Virus record (IMG/VR): IMGVR_UViG_3300022848_000006
Source: a virus
Strand: one strand, 5' to 3'
Length of the DNA: 64,000 nucleotides
Every line of letters begins with the position of its first letter. The first letter of the stretch is position 1. Of the stretch, positions 10,314 through 20,231 are shown piece by piece. The translations under genes and the position numbers were made by a program. The notes under the pieces were generated by a model that was given only the letters and a program-made list of their open reading frames with translations, had not been told where the DNA came from and did not search any database.

Positions 10314-10563
10314 GTTTTTCTCCAGATAGTATCTCTAGTGTTCGTTTGTGTAGGTCTCGAATGCTACCTAAATTTTCCGCAGAGACTTCCATAAATCTAT
10401 CTGTCACCTCCCTAGTCGTTTGACACTGCTCTTTGCAACTTTCTTCGTATGAAGACATTAAGGTTTGTACCGCCTTGGTCTTTTTTTGCTCGCCTTTATG
10501 AAGGACGTATACGGAAAAGAGCACTATTCCAACCATAATCACCACAGAAATCAATAATTCCAT
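10303..10563 (-). CDS. Single-pass membrane protein
   Basis: N-terminal TM plus coiled coil. Confidence 0.65.
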   Translation of the reverse strand: MELLISVVIMVGIVLFSVYVLHKGEQKKTKAVQTLMSSYEESCKEQCQTTREVTDRFMEVSAENLGSIRDLHKRTLEILSGEKLDV

Positions 10564-10883
10564 TAGTTCTCTCCCTTATCCAATTCAAGCCTATTACAAA
10601 TCCTATTCATGAGACTCTTCAAGTCCTCTTTCCAAGACGCGTCGGCTATCATTTGTGTGGTCTTTGTCGTCTTTTCTTGGTCTTGTCTCTCTAGAATCTT
10701 TGTAATACACTCAATAGATTGTCTGGAAATGTCCCTGTTTTCTTCTTCTAGTCTTTTATTAGAAGCGGAAAGAGATTTCACCCATAGCATCAACACAATC
10801 AGAGCACCACCGGAGCCAGTAATTAAACTGACCCAGTAAGGATCTGCCGATGATGTTTCGGCTTCTGCGATTATGTAAAACAT
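10563..10883 (-). CDS. Membrane protein (holin-like architecture)
   Basis: One TM plus coiled coil; GAGG RBS and GTGTATAAT motif upstream. Confidence 0.6.
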   Translation of the reverse strand: MFYIIAEAETSSADPYWVSLITGSGGALIVLMLWVKSLSASNKRLEEENRDISRQSIECITKILERQDQEKTTKTTQMIADASWKEDLKSLMNRICNRLELDKGEN

Positions 10884-10911
10884 GATTGTACCTCATCTTA
10901 TTATACACCAA

Positions 10912-13900
10912 CTATGCGTACTGAGTTTGGCAAGCTCCCCCTGAACATGCCGTTGTTTCCTCTATTTTGGTATTATCCTCTTCTTCTACCATTCCTGAAT
11001 AATCGATGTCCTTGTACTCTCTTTGAAGGTCACACCAGTATTTCCAATTATTTACGTCCTTTAGACAGTATGTCATCTTTTTGACATCACCATCGAAGTA
11101 TCTTTCCGCAAACTGTTTAGACCTTCTAACCCAATCATGTTGACTCCAAAGCTTTTTATAGCCTTCTTCTGCTGCAAAAACAATGAATGGGGGCACATCT
11201 GCACCTTCTTCGATGCCATTTCTTAGCTCTTTAAGCTCTTTTTCTGCCTCTTCTAACTTACCATAGTCGACCTTCCTTACACCAAGGGCCGCTTCACAAG
11301 CACTCCAAAGGTTGCCCTCAAAGGCATGTAATCCATCGGTAATCATACCAGAAGCCATTACAGAAGCATCTCCGTACATAGTAACTAGCTCTCTGGGGGT
11401 ATAGATCGCCGTAAAGGGGGCCTGTTGGTAGTCCTTGTCGCCACTAATGGACAACAGGCTGATACCAGCAAAGTACTCTCTATTGGCGTAAATATACTCA
11501 GTTACGTCTTCCCACTCATCGTCTTTAACAGTAATGGTGTTAGAAACATTGTGGGATAACCAAGGCCTAGTACATCTTTCTTCTACTTTACCTGCCTCTA
11601 CCCAGTGCTGTTGTGTCGATTTGACATAATCTAGCAACTGAATAGCACCAATGTCATTCTTTGTCTTTGCTCCCTTAGGAACTTCTACACAAAATGCGAT
11701 CACATTGTCTGTTCCGTTGGCTGACCAAACGGACTTTTCCACGGCCAAGGGGTTCGTTTTGGTAAAGAAGGCCAGTGGAGCCTCCAGGTAGTTGCTCTGA
11801 GTGCGTCGGATGTATCTTTTGGCATGGTGGGGGTGAATGCCGCTAGAAGTCCCTAGGACGCAACTGGTGGTCCCTGCGGGCTTCACGCAAGTTGCCCTTG
11901 CGGTTGGGTTAATCCCAATAGCTTTGGCAATACGCTTGTTTTCTTCTAGGATTACTCTTGCCCCTTCCTTTTGTACCTCTGGATCAAACAATACGTCTGG
12001 ATTATCCATCATGCCAGTAACAGAAATACCAAGTAGGGCTTCTTTTTCTAGGATTCGCTTACTAACGTCTCCAAGGTAGCCCATGTCAGTATAGCCAGCC
12101 TGGGCAGTCCCAATGATGGCCCCAGCTTTGCAAGCACTATAGAACCTTTCTGGGGTGTTGCAATGCTTGCCGTTAATCTCACAAAGGTTACACTGCTTAG
12201 TTAATACGTTGTTGAATGTGCATTGGTTCTTTTCTTCTTCGTATACGCAATAGGTGGTGTGCAAGCCTTGTAGCTTTGTCACAGATTGAATAATTTGCCT
12301 TCTACCTTTACTTTTCGACCTAAGTTTGACTGCATTTGGTATTTGAAGATACCAAACTGAACGTCTCCTTTCTCCAATATTTGTAATTGAACCAGCTTCG
12401 GACATTAGGTTTACACTAGAATTAACCCCAACCTTGGTCAAAAGAAGTTGACAATCTCTAATTTTACTCTCTTCGCCGTATAGTCTACATCCATCATTGG
12501 CTTTTGATCCATCTGCGTCAATCCACCCACTAACAAACTCCAATATGCAATGTTCATCCCAGGTAAATACATCTCTAGGTAGCCCTTGAGAGTATTTGAG
12601 GTCACAACTAAATTTGTTATCTAGATCTGTAAAGGTTATATGAGCGTGTTCTAAAGCGTATTTTTCATTCGGGGGCTTAGTTTCACTCTGTTTTCCTCGT
12701 AGGTTTAGCTTAAAGTCGTCTCCAAATAGGGTTGCAAAAGGAGAATGATTAGGTCTAGCCGTCCCATCTCCTAAGACAAAACCATACTCATAGGCATACT
12801 CTTCCCACCTACCTCCAGGGTTTACACAATTAACCCTGGGCGTCGATATTTTATACTTTTCACCCGTCAGCAGGTCTTTAGTCTTAACAACCCTATATTC
12901 TTGTTCAAACCTGTTTTTAACTAGCCATTCGTGATTATCGGTACAGTCTAGATAAGACCCATCAGAAAGTTCTACTCTGTATAGTTCTCTATTTTCACCT
13001 GTCACAAATGGGTTTACGGTTTTCCAGGAGTCACCATTCCAAATTTTACAATCTTTACCTACGAGATTTTTGATGTTATCAATGCCGTCCTTGGTAATTA
13101 GTTTTGTATCTCCAGAAACACAAGCCTGCCATCCGCTTTCTCCGGTCTCTACGCATACTGGGTAGAAGCCAATCTCTACACAGGGATTTACCATTAAGTC
13201 TCTATGGTCTACCCAAACAAACCCAGGCTCTCCATACTGTTTAACGAATCCCATTAGAGTCTGGAATTCTTCAAATGTCGTTTCGCCTCTAACTAGCACA
13301 GCCGAATTGTTTGAACGTCCACGCTGTGGGTTGTCAATGAACCAGTTCCCAGTCTTGGCTTTCGCCATTTCTTCGTCATCTGGGCTGAATAAACAAATAG
13401 TAGCACTACGTCTGATACCACCAGAGATAACAGCATCGCTAGCGTGCATGATGATATCATAACAGTTGATTGACTTAAATCGAGTCTGTCCTGCGGCAAG
13501 GGCATCGGCAAAAATTAGTTTGATCTTATTGAGGGCTTTTTGTAAAGGTTCGGGGCCTGGAGCCTTCCCCCTGCCGCTACCAACCTTAGCACCTTCTGGT
13601 CTAATTTCTGAGAGATCAAATTCAACATTGTATCCCTCATACTCTGGGAAGTCTCCTCCCCCATAGACACTACTAATGAAAACCCCTAGTGTATCTGCCC
13701 AGCCCTCTATGGAGTCTTCTGCCGTAAAGACTTTAGTGTGTCGACCATCGTTGTCGTTCCATTTCTTTGAGAAGCTAGGTAGTCTATCAATATGATGGTC
13801 TTGTACTGAGAACCCAGTGCCACAGCCACACAAAAGAAGCCATAGGCACTCTTGAAAGAACCGTGACCTATCACAAAAACTGGCGATACAATTACCTGTT

Positions 13901-15081
13901 GGAGTTCCATTTGGTAATACGAAAGATTTTGTATTTTCTACTTCTAGACACCACGTCTCTTCTACTTTCCCGTTTTCAACCCCTATAAGCTTTGTATAGG
14001 CAGAAGTCTTGGTATTTGTTTGATCTTGGATTCTAAACCTAATAGTGAAAGGTCTAGTACCGAAGTTTGTTTCTTGTCCTGTTAAGTCGGTTTCTGATAC
14101 GATAAAGACTCCAGCAACAGGGAAACACTTTCTAATAAACGCTATATGGTCCGCCTCTGACGACTGAATATAGTCACAAAAGCTACCGTTTTTATTGGTG
14201 TTCTTCGTACCGTCTGCCTGTAGATAGCCAGACACAAACGCCCTAATTAGCTCTGGAGAGTCTTTCTTTGGATCTGGGCTGGTCTTTTGGTATCTTCCAG
14301 TATAGCAAATAACATCCCCTCCTAAGGAATCAGAAGAAGATGACTTAAAACCACATCTAGTGAACCTGTCTTCAAAGTCAGAGTCTTTTCCGCCAAGCCT
14401 AACCATTGAGTAGTCTCCATTTATGATTCCGTCTCCATAGGTAAAACCATAACACCAATAGAGCCTTTCCTCTGGAGTAGCCTTCTCGTAATCAAACTCT
14501 TGAAAAGTGGGAACCTGTTTTAACAACTGGTCTCCCACCTTTAATCCATCTGTTATGGAGCCGTCTTTAAGTAACCACCTATGGTTTTCGGTAGCTTTTA
14601 CCGAGAAGTAATTTGAAGACTTTTTGAAGTGTAGGGTATCAACCTTTGCTTTACCGTAGTTTTTAACGGTAGCGTTCTGCCAACTACCATCGTGAGACAG
14701 AACCTTTAGAATTTGACCATCAAAACATTCGCTAAAAGCTTTTACCCCTTCCGAGGTTACAAATTGTTGGGTCTTATCAAAACAATTATACATCTTAGCG
14801 TTATTCTTCTCGATGTCGATACCACCGAACTGTAGGGCACGCTGCGACCCTAATACAACCTTTTTCTTGGACTGCTCATAAGCCCACTTCAAGTCTTCTG
14901 AAATCTCTGGATACTTTCTTAGCTGCATATCCAGCACTCTATCTTGGGATTCTACCCAGGTCTCTCTTCTTTTTAGGTCCGGTCTGTAGTTAGCATACTT
15001 GGACGTAAATGTGTAATCTTGTAGAGCCTTAATTGACATATTTTCCTCATTGAATTTTACTTTGTTTCGGTGTGTAGACAA
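10912..15081 (-). CDS. nrdJ: Class II (adenosylcobalamin, RTPR-type) ribonucleotide reductase with two inteins
   Basis: After intein removal: KMYN/CIAS, LLLCGCGTGFSV, NPCVEI, CNLCEIN, KPAGTTS, SGIHP, C-terminal CSGGAC; no small subunit nearby; start may be MSIK at 15039. Confidence 0.88.
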   Translation of the reverse strand: MSTHRNKVKFNEENMSIKALQDYTFTSKYANYRPDLKRRETWVESQDRVLDMQLRKYPEISEDLKWAYEQSKKKVVLGSQRALQFGGIDIEKNNAKMYNCFDKTQQFVTSEGVKAFSECFDGQILKVLSHDGSWQNATVKNYGKAKVDTLHFKKSSNYFSVKATENHRWLLKDGSITDGLKVGDQLLKQVPTFQEFDYEKATPEERLYWCYGFTYGDGIINGDYSMVRLGGKDSDFEDRFTRCGFKSSSSDSLGGDVICYTGRYQKTSPDPKKDSPELIRAFVSGYLQADGTKNTNKNGSFCDYIQSSEADHIAFIRKCFPVAGVFIVSETDLTGQETNFGTRPFTIRFRIQDQTNTKTSAYTKLIGVENGKVEETWCLEVENTKSFVLPNGTPTGNCIASFCDRSRFFQECLWLLLCGCGTGFSVQDHHIDRLPSFSKKWNDNDGRHTKVFTAEDSIEGWADTLGVFISSVYGGGDFPEYEGYNVEFDLSEIRPEGAKVGSGRGKAPGPEPLQKALNKIKLIFADALAAGQTRFKSINCYDIIMHASDAVISGGIRRSATICLFSPDDEEMAKAKTGNWFIDNPQRGRSNNSAVLVRGETTFEEFQTLMGFVKQYGEPGFVWVDHRDLMVNPCVEIGFYPVCVETGESGWQACVSGDTKLITKDGIDNIKNLVGKDCKIWNGDSWKTVNPFVTGENRELYRVELSDGSYLDCTDNHEWLVKNRFEQEYRVVKTKDLLTGEKYKISTPRVNCVNPGGRWEEYAYEYGFVLGDGTARPNHSPFATLFGDDFKLNLRGKQSETKPPNEKYALEHAHITFTDLDNKFSCDLKYSQGLPRDVFTWDEHCILEFVSGWIDADGSKANDGCRLYGEESKIRDCQLLLTKVGVNSSVNLMSEAGSITNIGERRRSVWYLQIPNAVKLRSKSKGRRQIIQSVTKLQGLHTTYCVYEEEKNQCTFNNVLTKQCNLCEINGKHCNTPERFYSACKAGAIIGTAQAGYTDMGYLGDVSKRILEKEALLGISVTGMMDNPDVLFDPEVQKEGARVILEENKRIAKAIGINPTARATCVKPAGTTSCVLGTSSGIHPHHAKRYIRRTQSNYLEAPLAFFTKTNPLAVEKSVWSANGTDNVIAFCVEVPKGAKTKNDIGAIQLLDYVKSTQQHWVEAGKVEERCTRPWLSHNVSNTITVKDDEWEDVTEYIYANREYFAGISLLSISGDKDYQQAPFTAIYTPRELVTMYGDASVMASGMITDGLHAFEGNLWSACEAALGVRKVDYGKLEEAEKELKELRNGIEEGADVPPFIVFAAEEGYKKLWSQHDWVRRSKQFAERYFDGDVKKMTYCLKDVNNWKYWCDLQREYKDIDYSGMVEEEDNTKIEETTACSGGACQTQYA
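12193..13122 (-). mobile_element. Intein 2 in NrdJ (310 aa, LAGLIDADG, C-terminal Gln)
   Basis: Starts CVSGDTKLIT, ends CTFNNVLTKQ then +1 Cys of CNL; YGFVLGDG and SGWIDADG. Confidence 0.9.
13891..14784 (-). mobile_element. Intein 1 in NrdJ (298 aa, LAGLIDADG homing endonuclease)
   Basis: Starts CFDKTQ, ends FVLPNGTPTGN then +1 Cys; YGFTYGDG and SGYLQADG motifs. Confidence 0.9.
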
Positions 15082-15084
15082 AAT

Positions 15085-15117
15085 AAGGCACCGCTCCGTT
15101 CAAGGCGGCACCTTTTC
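15085..15117 (-). terminator. Terminator-like hairpin just upstream of nrdJ
   Basis: AAGGTGCCGC-loop-GCGGTGCCTT then ATTTT on minus strand. Confidence 0.55.
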
Positions 15118-15138
15118 TGTTATTTGAATTTAGGGGTT

Positions 15139-15465
15139 TTACTCATCAAAGAACTTGCTCATGACCCACTTCACGATCACTTGAACAAGAATTTGAAACG
15201 CCACTGCTGCAAGTAAGGCACCCAGGAAGCCATGTTCTTCTTCTCTAGCCTTGTATAAACCTGCCTCAATAAAGGCAGAACACTCTCTTCTTCTCTTCCA
15301 CTTGCTAAAAATGTTAAGACCGCAGCCATCACAGCTTGCCATCTTACTCCAATCTTCTAGGAAGTCTACTGCTCTTCCCGCTACCGCACTTTCGTTTGGA
15401 TCACTTCCGAACTCTTTTTCAGCCTTTGACCTAATGCCTTCAAACTTACTCATCACTCTCTCCAC
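15139..15465 (-). CDS. Hypothetical protein with C-terminal TM
   Basis: FLGALLAAVAFQILVQVIVKWV hydrophobic tail. Confidence 0.6.
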   Translation of the reverse strand: MERVMSKFEGIRSKAEKEFGSDPNESAVAGRAVDFLEDWSKMASCDGCGLNIFSKWKRRRECSAFIEAGLYKAREEEHGFLGALLAAVAFQILVQVIVKWVMSKFFDE

Positions 15466-15928
15466 CTAAGGACCACGCGATAGCACTAAACCTTTCTGTC
15501 AGTGCCAATTTCTTCTCGTCTGTCAAAGGTGTATCAAACTCGCCCAGCACAGACTCCATAGCTTCCACTACAAGGGAACCAACTTCGCCCCCATAGTTGT
15601 CTTTCAGTTTCTTTCCGAATACCTCTTTGCTAACAGATGAATAAATCTGTAGGACAGATTGTCCCTTAGCTTCGTACTGGGAAATCCTATCTGAAAACTC
15701 TTCGTTGAAAATGGCGAAAGACTCTTGGTCTTGCTTCTCTGTAATAGTTTCACGCCATGGTGTAACCAAGGTAATCATTTCGTCACTAGGTCTTTCAATC
15801 TCCATCACTTGTCTAATAGACGGTTCTGGAGTAACGATGACCGAGACAAGGCCCTTTTCAATCAAAGGGATAGAGCAACCTAGGATTATTATAGCTGTTC
15901 CGAGGATAATTCTCAATCGCTTTTTCAT
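15446..15928 (-). CDS. Putative exported/lipoprotein
   Basis: MKKRLRIILGTAIIILGC signal with lipobox-like Cys. Confidence 0.65.
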   Translation of the reverse strand: MKKRLRIILGTAIIILGCSIPLIEKGLVSVIVTPEPSIRQVMEIERPSDEMITLVTPWRETITEKQDQESFAIFNEEFSDRISQYEAKGQSVLQIYSSVSKEVFGKKLKDNYGGEVGSLVVEAMESVLGEFDTPLTDEKKLALTERFSAIAWSLGGESDE

Positions 15929-15930
15929 AA

Positions 15931-16341
15931 TTACTCTCCTTTTTCTGCGGGAGCAATAATGCCGTCAATAGAGGCAACACTCTCATCTTTGTCGTCTTCA
16001 TTTAGATCGTTGCAATACTCATCAACCATCTTGTTAAGCAAAGACTTCATGTCCTCTGCGGACTCTTGCATTCCATTGTCAACAAGAACATTTACAAAGT
16101 CTTCCCATTCTGAAACGATATGGGCAAGCTTAGATCTTGCTGGCTTAACTGGTGCAACAGGAACCACTTCTACTTCAACCTCAGGCGTTGGACCCGATGG
16201 CATAGGCATTACTGGTGGTAATTTGTCAACTGCTTCCTTGCCCTTAAACATCTCCGTAATAGAATCGTATCCGAAGATCACTGGAACAAGTAAAACTAGT
16301 CCAATAACAACGCACACTCCTACTAAAATTGGTGTAATCAT
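15931..16341 (-). CDS. Membrane-anchored protein
   Basis: N-terminal TM, Pro-rich linker. Confidence 0.65.
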   Translation of the reverse strand: MITPILVGVCVVIGLVLLVPVIFGYDSITEMFKGKEAVDKLPPVMPMPSGPTPEVEVEVVPVAPVKPARSKLAHIVSEWEDFVNVLVDNGMQESAEDMKSLLNKMVDEYCNDLNEDDKDESVASIDGIIAPAEKGE

Positions 16342-17282
16342 TATCTCTTTTCCTCAAAGTCGTATGTGTCGATTAAAAACTGTACGTCCATGTCTTTGAT
16401 TCCAAATCTTCGACTAACGACAACATTGTCTTTAATCTCAACGAAGACAGGGATACTTTTGTTGCCCTCTCTAAGTCCTACATAGAAATCAGTAACGAGT
16501 GGATCGTCAATGTCAAGCACTCTAAAATCAGCACTTGCGATTTTCGAGAACTCTAAGCCCTCTACTTTCTTTTCGTATTCTTTAAGAGTCGTAGATTTGA
16601 ACCGCTTACAAGGTCCGCACCATTCAGCAGAGAACATAATAACTTGATAAACAGTGTTGTCTACAGTATTTTTCTCTCTTTCTTTTCTAACAAACTCTTT
16701 CAATGGCTCTGCATCGCTAATAGCCTCAGCTACCACTGGCTCTTTTGTGAGTGTCTTCTCGTGACACTTACAGTTTTCACCACATGGGCAAGTTCCAGCC
16801 GCAGCTTGTTCTGGAGTACAGGTACAACCAACGGCCTTTTCTCTTTCTTTCATTAGCTCTTCCAAACCCTCTCTAAGAATAGGTGCGTCAATGACGACCT
16901 CCTTATCAAGTTCTAGTTGCATTTGAGCCATTCTTTCTTCAATTGCGGCAATTCTGTCATCAGAAGATCTATTGCCGTGATACTTACAGTAAAGCTTTAC
17001 CGCTCCACCGTCAGTAGGCATTAACCCAGTTCCCTTGCAAGCACAAATCTTTGGATCTGGGTCCATTCTTTGAACTTCGTCGATCACTACCTTTTTAATG
17101 AACTCTTTTTCAGCCCTATTAAAAGCAGTTACGACAAGAGGATAGTATTCAGTGTAAGTACTATTCACAAGTCCAGTATCTACCTCAACAACTGCCGCTG
17201 GAGTTTGATCCCCAGGAACAAATGCTGTGTAGGAAGTCGCCCCTAGCATTACCACTAGGGCAAAAATCAATACATTCTTCAT
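16341..17282 (-). CDS. Exported protein with Cys-rich segments and C-terminal thioredoxin-like domain
   Basis: Signal peptide; CACKG..YCKYH; CTC..CPCGENCKC; FSAEWCGPCK thioredoxin motif. Confidence 0.8.
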   Translation of the reverse strand: MKNVLIFALVVMLGATSYTAFVPGDQTPAAVVEVDTGLVNSTYTEYYPLVVTAFNRAEKEFIKKVVIDEVQRMDPDPKICACKGTGLMPTDGGAVKLYCKYHGNRSSDDRIAAIEERMAQMQLELDKEVVIDAPILREGLEELMKEREKAVGCTCTPEQAAAGTCPCGENCKCHEKTLTKEPVVAEAISDAEPLKEFVRKEREKNTVDNTVYQVIMFSAEWCGPCKRFKSTTLKEYEKKVEGLEFSKIASADFRVLDIDDPLVTDFYVGLREGNKSIPVFVEIKDNVVVSRRFGIKDMDVQFLIDTYDFEEKR

Positions 17283-19177
17283 TATAGTACCTCTGTGATA
17301 ATCGAGTAGTCAAGCTTTCTAGGCTTAAATCCGTCGATATTGCTGAATACAAACGAGCCATCTGCCCCAAGCATTCTCTTGGCAACGCTTTCGCGAATCC
17401 AGAAACTACCTTCGGGTTGCCCCAATCTCAAAGGACCGCTATTCCAAATGCCCCAAGAGTTTTGAACCAAGAAGAGGGTCTCGTTAAAAATCTCTCTACT
17501 GTCGTCACAACCAATCCAGGCCATAGCGTGTGCCCACGAACCCTTAGGGCTCGCGATGCCGCTCTTGTCTCGGCTACTACCGAAACCCTGACTCGAACAA
17601 ACTGAGATAGCATAGCCATTAGCTAGTGCGTCTCTAGCGGCCTCTACGGTGTGAACCATACTGACCGTCTTAACTTGATGCTTAGAAGCCTCAGTAAGAA
17701 CATCTCTAGGTACGCCTCTACCACCCCATCCCATGCCAACATTTACGTTGTACTTAGATAGGTCAGCAAAGCTGTACTTCTTTCTTACTAGAATGCCTCC
17801 GCTTGTAGATACAAATCTAGCAGCAGCACTACAGGACATACCTTGTCCTCTGTGGCCCCTAGCTCCATAAATACCCTCTGTGGCACTTCGGCCCACAAAG
17901 TCTTCTGCTTCTCCGTTATCAATCTCTACTGCTCGACTAATGTCTACAGCATTTCTTGTAGCGTGAGATACGCAATTGTGAGAAATAACACCATTAGCTA
18001 AAAAACAATGGTCTTCGTGTTCAACGCCTATATCATAAACTTCGTGTGATCCTGCTTCAAGCTCTGTAGAACTAACTAAAATATGCAGTAAACCATCTTC
18101 TACATAAGAATAATTTTTCTTCTTCTCAAAAATACAAGAAACTCTATAACTAACACTAGAAGTTTCATAAGACCCATTTTTAGACCTATGAAAAATATTG
18201 ATAGTTGGTCTATATCCAAGCTTTAGGTAAGAATAATAAACTCCATAAGCTAAAGATACAGATTTAGAATCAAACGTTTCTTTTCCAGGTTTTCTGAAAC
18301 CGTCAGAGTCTATCAATCCGCATAAAATCTCAGTGTTGCCAATTGCTCCAAGGGGAAAAACCTTGTCTTTATCTTGATTATAAGCAATCGCTCTAAGAGG
18401 TTCAGCTAAACCTGGGCACCAACACCTAAACCTAAACGCTGTGGTGTCTTTGCCTTTGTAGTTGCACCTTCTGACTCTAAAACCAAAATCTTCTAGCAAA
18501 TCTTTACAGGTTCTATAATAATCTTCCTGGTGCTCTGCGAAGGTTATTTCTATTTGTTTTGTATCGCACCACCCGTCACCCAAAAAATAACCCAAAAACC
18601 AATCAAAATCTTTATGACTTGAAAAGGGAGAGAGGTTAAACTTTTCACCATCTAGCAAACTAGCTGGGGTAACTAAATAGTCTCCCTTTTCAATGTGTTT
18701 GGCCTCTATAAGAGATCTGTTTCCATCTCTTGAAACCATAACTTCATGGTCTTCTGTTACAATTAGCGGTACAGACTCCTTCGTCTTTATTTTTACAAGG
18801 CTTTTTTGGGAAATTTGCTTTTTTGTGCTAATTACCCTGGTTAAATCGCCATCTGGACCAAATATCATATCTCCTATCTTGACCTTTTCTATAGTCTTGG
18901 TCTCTTCTCCAATAACTATTGTGCCCTTTGCGTAACAGTCACCTGTCTTTTGTGCTTCTGCTGGCCCAAATCCTGGGTCATACTTCAACAGGGACTTGAA
19001 AGGAAGACTAATCTTCCCTTCACCAGTCCCGTACAAGTTATGAGCAGCAACACTGAATAATGGGTGCTTTAGTTCACCCAACAGTGCGTCCAATTCTTCT
19101 TTGTCACAATACGAACCGACTAAACCTTGTTCGTATGCTTTCTCAATAGTCTGAGGACTTTCAAAATGATTACTCAT
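17282..19177 (-). CDS. Papain-family (C1A) cysteine protease interrupted by an intein
   Basis: Spliced product reads QKTGD-CVSHA (Gln, catalytic Cys), WAHAMAWIG (His), LVQNSWG (Asn). Confidence 0.88.
   Translation of the reverse strand: MSNHFESPQTIEKAYEQGLVGSYCDKEELDALLGELKHPLFSVAAHNLYGTGEGKISLPFKSLLKYDPGFGPAEAQKTGDCYAKGTIVIGEETKTIEKVKIGDMIFGPDGDLTRVISTKKQISQKSLVKIKTKESVPLIVTEDHEVMVSRDGNRSLIEAKHIEKGDYLVTPASLLDGEKFNLSPFSSHKDFDWFLGYFLGDGWCDTKQIEITFAEHQEDYYRTCKDLLEDFGFRVRRCNYKGKDTTAFRFRCWCPGLAEPLRAIAYNQDKDKVFPLGAIGNTEILCGLIDSDGFRKPGKETFDSKSVSLAYGVYYSYLKLGYRPTINIFHRSKNGSYETSSVSYRVSCIFEKKKNYSYVEDGLLHILVSSTELEAGSHEVYDIGVEHEDHCFLANGVISHNCVSHATRNAVDISRAVEIDNGEAEDFVGRSATEGIYGARGHRGQGMSCSAAARFVSTSGGILVRKKYSFADLSKYNVNVGMGWGGRGVPRDVLTEASKHQVKTVSMVHTVEAARDALANGYAISVCSSQGFGSSRDKSGIASPKGSWAHAMAWIGCDDSREIFNETLFLVQNSWGIWNSGPLRLGQPEGSFWIRESVAKRMLGADGSFVFSNIDGFKPRKLDYSIITEVL
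17975..18937 (-). mobile_element. Intein 3 (321 aa, LAGLIDADG) in C1 protease
   Basis: Starts CYAKGTIV, ends FLANGVISHN then +1 Cys; LGYFLGDG and CGLIDSDG. Confidence 0.92.
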
Positions 19178-19194
19178 GTGTTGCTCTCCGTTGT

Positions 19195-19449
19195 TTACTC
19201 GTTATCTTCTGTTTGATCTTCGTTCCCGAATGTTGTGTCCTTGATCCAACGGATCGCAGTATTCAGGGCCATTGTCACCATTGGGATAACAATTAACAGG
19301 TTCTCACCCATCTCAATGTTACCAATGTTGTCAACGACGAAGGTCAAAACAGCAGCCAAACCAACCATGATTGCATTCTTGAGTACGTCCATTAGGTCCG
19401 TATTGTTGAACTTGAATCTTGGAGATCCCTTTTTCTTTTCATCTGCCAT
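19195..19449 (-). CDS. Small two-TM membrane protein (holin-like)
   Basis: Two hydrophobic helices in 84 aa, directly upstream of protease. Confidence 0.6.
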   Translation of the reverse strand: MADEKKKGSPRFKFNNTDLMDVLKNAIMVGLAAVLTFVVDNIGNIEMGENLLIVIPMVTMALNTAIRWIKDTTFGNEDQTEDNE

Positions 19450-19489
19450 CTTATCACCTTTATTGTGTGAGGTTAACTAAAAACGAAGC

Positions 19490-20149
19490 TTACAGAGTGC
19501 CTGATCCGTCGTTGTAGCTTCTTGTGTCTACTCCTTCCATGTCTCTAAATCGAGCATTAACAGGTTGTGGGGCACCAGTTCTGTAGGTTAATTCACCTGG
19601 GAACTGTCTGTTGTACTCAACCGCTTGGTCGAAGCCTTCTTCGCCAGCTTCCGTAGTAGCAGCGAACTTGTACTCTTTGCCTTCGTTAGCATCTGCGACT
19701 TTACCTGGAACTCTTTCGACACCAGGAAGAATTGGGTAAACCCATTGTTGCTTCCCTTGCATCGTTGTTCCAACGTGAGTGTTACGCTTGTAACGAGAAA
19801 CCCCTGCTACGTCTGAGGCTGGGGTTTGTAGGTTCGACGGCTCACCATTGATGGTGGCATCCAGACCGATAGCGATAACGTTTTGATCGCTGTAAGCGTA
19901 CTGTTGGGCGAACCCACCAGCACTATCTGGATTAGCCTCAATCAGACCATTAGGATCTGTGAGGTCGTCGCTAGTAGCCTCAGCCTTAACTAGCTGGGAA
20001 CCATATTTGCCCTGAAAGCCGAGATCCTTGATCTCTAGGCTGTTGGTGATTTTAGAGTCTTCGTGGATGTTACCACCTTGGATAACTGTACCACCATCGT
20101 TGTTAGCTACTTGTGAGCCACTAGAACCTTTTGCACCTTGTACGGCCAT
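19490..20149 (-). CDS. Hypothetical protein, possibly virion structural
   Basis: Gly/Ala/Asn/Asp-rich 219 aa behind a GTGTATAAT motif. Confidence 0.55.
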   Translation of the reverse strand: MAVQGAKGSSGSQVANNDGGTVIQGGNIHEDSKITNSLEIKDLGFQGKYGSQLVKAEATSDDLTDPNGLIEANPDSAGGFAQQYAYSDQNVIAIGLDATINGEPSNLQTPASDVAGVSRYKRNTHVGTTMQGKQQWVYPILPGVERVPGKVADANEGKEYKFAATTEAGEEGFDQAVEYNRQFPGELTYRTGAPQPVNARFRDMEGVDTRSYNDGSGTL

Positions 20150-20231
20150 GTTTTTTCTCCGAAAATGTAGAATTTGTGTTTATCATAATTCCAATTCCGC
20201 AAAAGATCCTAGTTTCCTATCTAATTATACA

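Noticed and set aside
10912-15081. Class Ia NrdA assignment
   Set aside because: No ATP cone and no neighbouring NrdB; motif spacing fits monomeric class II RTPR. A phylogeny would settle it.
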